From assembly GCF_000372725.1 (NCBI RefSeq), contig NW_005201287.1:388986-452985 (forward strand): a stretch of DNA of 64,000 nucleotides. Direction: 5' to 3'. Shown here piece after piece: positions 56,628 through 64,000 of this stretch; positions within the stretch are counted from its first letter, which is position 1; each line of letters starts with the position of its first letter. The notes beneath the pieces were generated by a model that saw only the letters and a list, made by a program, of their open reading frames with translations, had not been told where the DNA came from and did no database searches. The translations under genes were made by a program, and so were the position numbers. This DNA comes from Emiliania huxleyi CCMP1516. Lineage: Eukaryota.

Positions 56628-59337
56628 CTACTTGCCGGGCTCATAGTCCTTCTCGTGCTTGCGCATGTACTCCATGAAGGCGCGGTTCATGCGGAGAATC
56701 ACCACCATCGAGTACTCCTCCGCCTTGTAACTGAGGCGGTGACGGTGCACCACCTGCTTGGCGCAGCTGAGGATGCGCTCGCAGAAAGACTCGGCCATGA
56801 GGGCGCCGATCTGGCCGGTCGAGCAGCTCGCCATTGCCGGGAGGAAGCCAAACCGTGAAAACTGCTTCTCAAGGTCGCGGTAAAGCCGTCCAATGTCCAG
56901 GTGAAGCTGGTCGATGAGGTCGTCTTGAGGATCGAAGTCGTACTTGTCGTTCTCCTGTGAACAAGGGCGATATGAGTCCGAAAGTAAAATCCGTAAGTTA
57001 TCGGGATCGAAAAGAGCGCAACCTCATCCGGCGCGCCGGGCTCGGTGAAGTACTTGCGCCACGCGCCGTCGTGATAGAGCTCGGCGCGGAACCGTTTCCA
57101 GCACTTGAAGACCCTCTTGAACTCGTCGCGCAGCGCGGCGTCGCGCACCTCAGCAGGGTCAAACTGCTCACCCTCCTCGGACGACGCCTCCTCGTGCGGG
57201 CATTGCTGGAGCGGCTTGGGCTTCTTCGAAGCTGGTGCAGGGACGACCGGAACCAGAGCAGCGGCGGCCCCCTCATCCTCAGTGCACGCCTTGCAGGTGC
57301 CGTCGTCGCCAGCAGCGGCGCGGCGCTTCTCCTCCTCGTAAGAGTCGTGAGCGAGCCCAAAGTTCACGTAGGTCTCCTCGAGTAGCGCGCACGCCTTCTG
57401 GTACTGCTCCTTCGAGAGGTGCACGCAGTTGAGGGTGCGCATGTCGAGCAGTGATGCGAGCAGCTCGCGGTCACTCGTCTCGATGTGCCCGACAGTCGTC
57501 TTGTCCTCATCCACGATCTCCGTCTCATTGCCACAGTATCGCCGCTGGAACTCGAGCTGCGCCCGCCGGAGAGCCTCTTTGCCGACCTCGCCGAGCTCCT
57601 CAACCTTTCTTGCGAGACGAGGGAGAACCTCGCCGTGGTATACGCCTTGAGCGGGTCGAAGACGTCGATGGTCTCAGCAAACAGCTTCGACTGCACCTGC
57701 GCCTTGGCAATGTTGGGCCACGCGCCAGTGAAGGGCTTCTCGAACTGCGCGGTGGTGGTGAGAACCTTGGAGATGACGAGCACGGCTTCGAGCTCCATGA
57801 TGTCACGCCACGCCTCGGCCGTGCTGCGCCACTCGATCTCGCCTTCGTGCCTCGCAGCGTACTGCTTGATGGGGATCATGTCGCGCAGGGCCGAGTACAG
57901 GAGGTTCCAGCGCGCTGCGATGCGGGTGCCGTTTTTGTCAGTGCGCAGGCGAATCACGTCCCCGGCGCCAGCCAGCTTGCAAAGCTCGCTCATCCGAGTC
58001 TCGGTCTTGTTGAAGTAGGTGGCCATTTTGCCCACGTTGTCCATCACGGCTTGGCCGTCCGGGAACTCATTGATCGGAATTTTGTTTTTGGAGCGCACCA
58101 GGTCGCCGATCGCAGAGGCGCCCACCTTGTCTGCTGAGTGCATCAGGCATATCTCGGTCTCCACACCAAGCTCCTTGGCGACGGCGACGGCGGCTCCGTC
58201 CTGCATCGACGCGGCAATGATCTTTGCAGGGTCGTATTTGTACGTGTCCTTCAGCTCCCTGCGGAGCAAGTCGGCGACGGCCGGGGCAGTGCCGTCCTTA
58301 AGCGGCGTCAGCCCGAGGCAGATGACAAAGTTTTGGTTCCAGCGTGGGTCGACGAACTGAAGGCCGAAGGCTTGGTGCTTGATATGGTTGTCCAGAGTGC
58401 CGCCGTCATGCAATATCTGCCCAAAGGCGTTGCCGCCCGCCTTCTCCATCTGGTAGTCGATCACCTTTGAGAAGTAACGTTGAAAGACGGCAAATTCGGC
58501 GCGCGTGCGGTCAAAAAATCCGCCGATCGTGAGCACGGCGCCGGACTGGCCGAAAGAGCCATTGGCGTGGCGCGACCGGCACGTGCCCTGCACTTGGAGC
58601 ATATTCACATAGTACGGGTCGCGCAGGGTCTGCTTGGAGAGCACTTGCTTGCAGTAGATGAGGCACTGCGTCTGGGCGGCCAACTGTCGCTCCTCCCGGG
58701 AAAGCAGCGATGGGGCTGCATCGCTGCTGCTGCTGCCGACGGCACCAGACGAACCGAAAGCAGCCATCACGGTCGTCTGCCTCTTTGCTTTCTGCGAGGA
58801 TCGCTCCAGCGCGTTTGGCTGCGATGAGCCGGTCAAAAATGGTGGGTGCTTGTACATATCGGCGTGCGCTGCCTTGTTGTGAGAGTTGACCTTAGACGTC
58901 TGTGGAAGGTGTTGGCCGCCCTTGTTGTTAGGCAGAAGAAAGAGGTGGTTGCAGATTTGGCCCGTGCCCTCGCCGTCCTCGTTCAATGGCTCGTACAAGC
59001 ACACGTGCGTTCTGGCATGCCCCTTGTTGCCTTCGGTACGGACAGTCTCTGGGTGCGCCGACGTGAGCTCTCGCACAAATGTCATCTCAAGCGACTTGAT
59101 CCCTTTTGGAAGTTCGGTGTACCAATCGGGCGGAAGCTCATCGTGCGAACGCACCTCCCAGTCCGTGGAGCAGCGCCTCTGCGATACCGCGCTCGGGTCG
59201 ACAGCGATGAGCGTGCCCTCCACCGAATCAGTCTCCACCGCGGTCTCACAATCAGCTGGAGGGGGGGTGATCGTCTCGGCAGTCGATGGCGGCTCCTGCG
59301 AGGCGCCTGCCCCGGGGGTGCACTGCTTTGGAGCCAT
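56628..59337 (-). pseudogene. hAT transposase with one frameshift (~57620) and one intron (56955-57022)
   Basis: BED-like C..C..H..H, HDGGT, MQDGAA, CLMH (CxxH), TRIAARW, LASLLDMR, and C-terminal AESFCERILS dimerisation motif. Confidence 0.88.
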
Positions 59338-59555
59338 ATGTGTCGACCACCGAGGGGACGAACGTCTCAATTGATGCGATTAGTTCTCGAACCGCGTTTG
59401 GGTTCGCTGCGAACCGCATTTGGGTTAGGTATATTGCATATTTGGGAGTTATCCCACAAACAACCAAACTTGCGAACCAAGGTCCGTGACATAATAACGA
59501 ACTGCCGCCGCGAACTTCCCACGTAGCCAGCCCCGTGAGCCCCGTGCCTGTCACC

Positions 59556-60231
59556 ATGAAGAAGGCATCCGAGGACACCACTGACACGGAGGAGTCGTAC
59601 CACGACACGCCACCACCACCCGACACGCCGCCTCCGTACTACGGGTCTGTGCCGTACGAGCTCAGTGAGCACGGTTCGTTCAGCGATCCGCGGCGCTTCT
59701 CGGTCGGCCTCCTGCAAGAGGCTGGCTACCTCGACGAGAACCTGCAGCGGTGTAAGCGTCTGAGGGCCGACTCGCCCGTTCCGTTTGCCGGGCCGGACGC
59801 GTCTGCACCGCCTGACCTCGAGCCGGCCACGTCTTTCGCGGAGCTGCGCCGCCGGGCCGAGTTGGCCAATAAGAAGGTGGCAGCGGAGGCGGAGGCGGCG
59901 GCGGCGGCGGCGGCGTTCGAGCAGAAGCCGGCAGTCGCCGATTCCGAGGTCTGCGTCCCCACATCAGACACACCGCCCCATCCAGCTGATCGTCGCTTTC
60001 CCTCCACAGGAGGCGGTGCTACCCCTTCCGCTTCACCCGGAGCTGGGCGGCGAGGAGGGCCACTACCAGACCGTTTGGCGCCGCTCTACCGCGGTCAACG
60101 AGTTTGGGATGGCTCTGTTTGTTCCCAAGCCCGAGCCATCCTCTGCCCACGGCGGCTCCGGCCGCCACACGATCAAGATCGACCACGACCCACCGTCCCC
60201 GGTGGCGGTGCGGTTTGAGCCGGAAAAGTAG
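59556..60231 (+). CDS. accessory 204-aa spliced ORF inside the hAT element
   Basis: ATG at 59556; a GT-AG intron at 59949-60009 joins two ORFs in frame; divergent from the transposase. Confidence 0.55.
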
Positions 60232-60933
60232 ATGCCCACAAGTGCGAGCGTCCGGCTGGGCGGCCACTGTATATCAGGGCTGAGGGGCGACAGACGGCTG
60301 GCGGGCAGAGGCACAGGTAGCCCAGCGTCTCGTCGAACTCCCCTCGAGGAACTCCCGCCACTTTGTTCCGGCTTTCGCCGCGCTGGTTCGAATTTCTGGG
60401 TCTCGGTTCACGGATGGTTCGCGAACTGTGGTTCGCGAACTGTGTCGGTGTGTAAGAGGTGTGAAAATAAGCTTGGTTCATGAACTAGTTCAGTGGTTCA
60501 CCCTCGAACCGACCGTGAACTCTGAACCGTGAACCCGAACCGAGGCAGGACAAACCAGGGCGAACCGCGAACCGTGAACCGACTAGCCCCCGCCCCGAGT
60601 CCGTGAACCCTGAACCGTGAACGACCAGACCCCGCCCCGAGTCCGTGAACCGCGAACCGTGAACGAGCCGTGAACCGCGAACTGGTTCATGAACCGGGTT
60701 CACGGTTCACCCCGTGAACTGAGAGGCCTGTCTCCGGCACAGCGACAGGCTCGACACAGGTGCGGACTGGCGCGTGCTAGCACTATCACAGGCAAACCAA
60801 GTCCGTGCGAGGGCATAAAATAAATTGATAATCTCAATCCGCCAGCAGCGCACGCGTACCCACCTTAGCGTTCACCTGCTATCCGCCGGTACCCAAACCG
60901 GATGCATCTCCGCACGACCCAGGAATGCAGTTT

Positions 60934-61039
60934 TGCGACGGTGTATCAGTCGCCTTATGCCACCGTTGCACTGTATCAGTCGCCTTATGCCACCGTTGCA
61001 TATGCAACGGTGGCATAAGGCGACTGATACACCGTCGCA
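60934..61039. repeat. perfect palindrome/hairpin with a tandem-duplicated arm
   Basis: tgcgacggtgtatcagtcgccttatgccaccgttgca ... ta ... tgcaacggtggcataaggcgactgatacaccgtcgca. Confidence 0.95.
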
Positions 61040-61282
61040 GTTGCGACGATCTTCGTGAGGTTTGGCGTGGTCGAGAGCGCAAGAGGCCGCCGACGCGGCC
61101 GACGCGAAGCATGACGTCGCCGTGGACCGGTTCAAGGCGACCGGCTCCGCTGGGAGCGCCAAGCGCTCCGCCAAAGCTCGCCAAGCGGAAGCGCTCCGCT
61201 GCCGCTGCGCGCGCCGGCGCGCGGCACAGGCCACCATCGCTTAACGCGTAGGCTGCGCGTAGGACAGGGTACAGACTTTTCG

Positions 61283-62428
61283 TTAATCAGCCTCGCGCGC
61301 CGCCTCGCGCGCCGCCCGTGCCGCCACCTCCTCCGGGCTATCGAAATACTCGGGCCATGGAAACCGCGGGTGGCCCTTCGCGCCGCCGTTGGGCCCGTAC
61401 CGGAACGGCTTCGCCGCGCCCATCGCCTCGAGCTCGGCCATGTGCGCCTCCGACAACTCGAAGTCGAAGGTGTCCAGATTCGCCGCCATGTACGCCGGCG
61501 TCTTCGACTTTGGGATCGCGACAACGCCGCGCTGCGTGTGGAAGCGCACGAGGACCTGCGCCGCGCTCTTGCCGTACGACGCACCGATCGCGGCGATGCC
61601 CGCGTCGCCGAGCAGCGACGGGTCGGAGTCGGTGCGCGCGCGCACATTGTCGGGCGATCCGAGCGGCGAGTACGCGGTCACGACGATCTTGCGGGCGCGG
61701 CAGAAGTCGAGCAGGCTCGTCTGCGGCAGCAGCGGGTGCGACTCCACCTGATTGACCGCGATCGGGATCCCGCTCTTCGTAGAGACCAGTACGTAGTCGA
61801 TCGCCGCGAGCTGCGCCTGGTTGAAGTTGCTCGCGCCGATGCTGCGCGTGAGCCCGGCGCGGACGGCGGCCTCCATCCCGCGCCACGTCTCCTCGAGCGG
61901 CACGTCGCCGGGCGAGCCGTCGGCGCGCGGCGCCTCGAAGTCCCACATCGGGCCGCTGCCGTCGGCGCGGCGCGGGAAGTTCTCGGCGACGCCCTCGGTC
62001 CGCGCGAACGCCATCGGCCAGTGCACCAAGTAGAGATCGAGGTACTCGAGCTGCAGCTGCGCCAGCGTGTGGCGGAGCGCGCGCTCGACGTCGCGCTGCT
62101 CGTGCTTCGTGTTCCAGAGTTTCGAGACGACGAAGAGCTCGTCGCGCCGAATCTCGCCGGAATCGAAGAGCTCCTTGAGCGCCGCGCCGATTTCGGCCTC
62201 GTTGTCGTAGCAATGGGCGCAGTCAATGTGGCGGTAGCCGCAGCGGATGGCAGCTTTCACGGCGTCGCCCACGACGCCGTCCTTGGATTTCCAGGTGCCG
62301 AGACCGACCAAAGGCATGTCGAAGCCGCTTGCGAGGCGGACGGTGCGCGGAGAGGCGGCGGCGGCGGGCGCGGCGGCGCCGATGGTGGCGGCGGCGGGCG
62401 CGGCGGCGGCGACGCAGGCCGAGGACAT
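61283..62428 (-). CDS. aldo-keto reductase (AKR1-like)
   Basis: MPLVGLGTW, GYRHIDCAHCY.NE, VSKLWNT, YLDLYLVHWP, SIGASNFN, NQVESHP, AYSPLGSP, IPKS. Confidence 0.97.
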   Translation of the reverse strand: MSSACVAAAAPAAATIGAAAPAAAASPRTVRLASGFDMPLVGLGTWKSKDGVVGDAVKAAIRCGYRHIDCAHCYDNEAEIGAALKELFDSGEIRRDELFVVSKLWNTKHEQRDVERALRHTLAQLQLEYLDLYLVHWPMAFARTEGVAENFPRRADGSGPMWDFEAPRADGSPGDVPLEETWRGMEAAVRAGLTRSIGASNFNQAQLAAIDYVLVSTKSGIPIAVNQVESHPLLPQTSLLDFCRARKIVVTAYSPLGSPDNVRARTDSDPSLLGDAGIAAIGASYGKSAAQVLVRFHTQRGVVAIPKSKTPAYMAANLDTFDFELSEAHMAELEAMGAAKPFRYGPNGGAKGHPRFPWPEYFDSPEEVAARAAREAAREAD

Positions 62429-63105
62429 CGACGCAAATCTGCGAGGATTTGCGACTCGCTTTAGCCGCCGTCGATCCCCGCGTGGTGCTTTGTCCAAACC
62501 ACCCGTAACTCGTCGACGGGTGCGGGATCGCGGCGCAGTCAGTGCCGTGGCGATGCCTCCGGCTGTTTGCGGTCGTAGAGCTCTGCGCGACACAACAAGG
62601 GCTTACCCGGGTATCTCGAGGTTCTCGAGGTGGATATCCTTTGGCCGCGTTGGGTTATGCTCTGGCGAGATGTGAGGCGCATGCGCCCAGGAGGGGAGGG
62701 CGCATGCGTAACGACGCTGCTAGAGATGCCTTTCGGGGCCCAGAGATAAAACTTCTGATGCCATGCATGGCCTAGTAGTGTCCCCAGCTATGGGCGTGTC
62801 CACGTTGGAGCCAGGTGTGGTGTGGGCGCCAGAATAGCTCCGCCGTTCATGGAGGCAACCGATACGAGTCGACTGGTGTGTCCTCGTGGTTTCGTATCAA
62901 GAATACTCACTCACACGTAACACCAGCCAAAACGCGCGATCGCTCACGATTTGCGCGCCGCGCCACGCCGCTCTGCAAGTGCAGGAGCCGGAGGGCGGGG
63001 CCAGGCATGAACACAGACCTCAGAGCACCCTCTCCATGATGAGCGTGCGCGGGTTGCGCGCCGAACGGCTGCGATCGTGTCATGGTGTCGTGAAGTGTAA
63101 AGGCA

Positions 63106-64000
63106 CTAAGCAGAGCCGCCGCGCCCCGCGCCCCGCCCGCCCCGCCCGCCCCGCCCGCCGCGTCCACGCCCGCCTCGCCCGCCTCGCCCACCGACCGCCG
63201 CCGTGGCGCCCACGGGCTGAGCCTGGGGCACGGTGCGCGAGGGCGGCTGGTGAACAAACGTCGACTGCGCCGCCACCAGCCGCCCAGTTGCGGCGATGGG
63301 CAGCGCCGGCTGGCGGCAGGCCGGGCAGTTGGTGTCGCGCTCCAGCACGCGCGGCGCACACGTCTCGCAGTATAGCGCGTGGCCGCACGCGAAACGGACC
63401 GAGCGCGGCGCGTCCCAGCAGAGGTCACACAGGCGCTCCTCGGCCCCAGCCGTCTCCTCCACCTCCCGCGCCGCCTCGACCAGCGCCTCCAGCCGCGGCA
63501 GCGCCTCTGCGAGCGGCATCCGCTTCTTCTTCCGCTCGTACGCCAGCCCGACCACCAGCCGCGTCAGCTCCTCGGCCTGCGCCGCCGACCAGCCCGCGTC
63601 GGCCGCCGCGATGCTCTCCGCCGTGTCGGGCTCCTCCAATTCATCCTCGCACGCGTTGAGCAAGCCGAGAGCGCCGCGGCCGGTCAGGGCGACGAGAAGC
63701 GTGATGCCGAGCGCAAAGCCATCGGTGAGCTGAGAAGCCTGACCGTCGTGCATGATGATCGAGTCCATGTAGCCGGGCTTCCCAAAGATGCGTTGCGTCG
63801 ACAGGTGCGAGACCTGTCCATTGCCGCCGGCCGTCGCCTCTGCCGCGCGCGCGAGGCCCACGTCGGCGAGGTACCCGTTGCCGCGCTCGTCGAGCAGGAT
63901 GTTGCCCGCCGAGACGTCGCGGTGCAGGATCATCGGTGAGCGCGTGTGCAGGTAGTGCAGCGCGCTCGCGGCGTCGCGCAGCACGCGGAGCCGTGCGGCG
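63106..64000 (-). CDS. Pelle/IRAK/RLK-like protein kinase with C-terminal RING finger (5' part outside the window)
   Basis: LHYLH...ILHRDVSAGNILLD...LADVGLAR...GKPGYMD; then CDLC...CGHALYCETC...CPACR (C3HC4) and an RGG tail. Confidence 0.9.
   Translation of the reverse strand, partial: AARLRVLRDAASALHYLHTRSPMILHRDVSAGNILLDERGNGYLADVGLARAAEATAGGNGQVSHLSTQRIFGKPGYMDSIIMHDGQASQLTDGFALGITLLVALTGRGALGLLNACEDELEEPDTAESIAAADAGWSAAQAEELTRLVVGLAYERKKKRMPLAEALPRLEALVEAAREVEETAGAEERLCDLCWDAPRSVRFACGHALYCETCAPRVLERDTNCPACRQPALPIAATGRLVAAQSTFVHQPPSRTVPQAQPVGATAAVGGRGGRGGRGRGGRGGRGGRGAGRGGSA

Overview
GC-rich eukaryotic genomic DNA with many GC-AG introns, minisatellite-filled introns and three assembly gaps. 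The style suggests a haptophyte alga such as Emiliania/Gephyrocapsa (inference). Protein-coding genes recognised: an ABCA lipid transporter head-to-head with a PX+START lipid-transfer gene, a BspA-type LRR protein, a ~8 kb multi-exon secreted mosaic protein bracketed by inverted repeats, a UvrD/PcrA helicase, a transposon-disrupted F-box-like/Kelch gene, an ankyrin(+CS) gene, a glycosyltransferase-like ORF, LIN-9/ALY, a NiCoT nickel transporter, an 8-exon ubiquitin-Ni-superoxide dismutase fusion, an aldo-keto reductase and a Pelle/IRAK-like kinase-RING. At least seven mobile elements can be delimited from their ends: one hAT with transposase, two hAT-type MITEs, two elements with 3-bp TSDs, one TA-TSD MITE and one split-direct-repeat Ngaro/PAT-type retroelement. 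Highlights: (1) a candidate eukaryotic nickel module, NiCoT convergent with Ub-NiSOD and about 0.5 kb apart once an intervening transposon is removed; (2) a recurring intron architecture in which the intron 5' end copies the start of the downstream exon; (3) the giant toxin/lectin-like protein.
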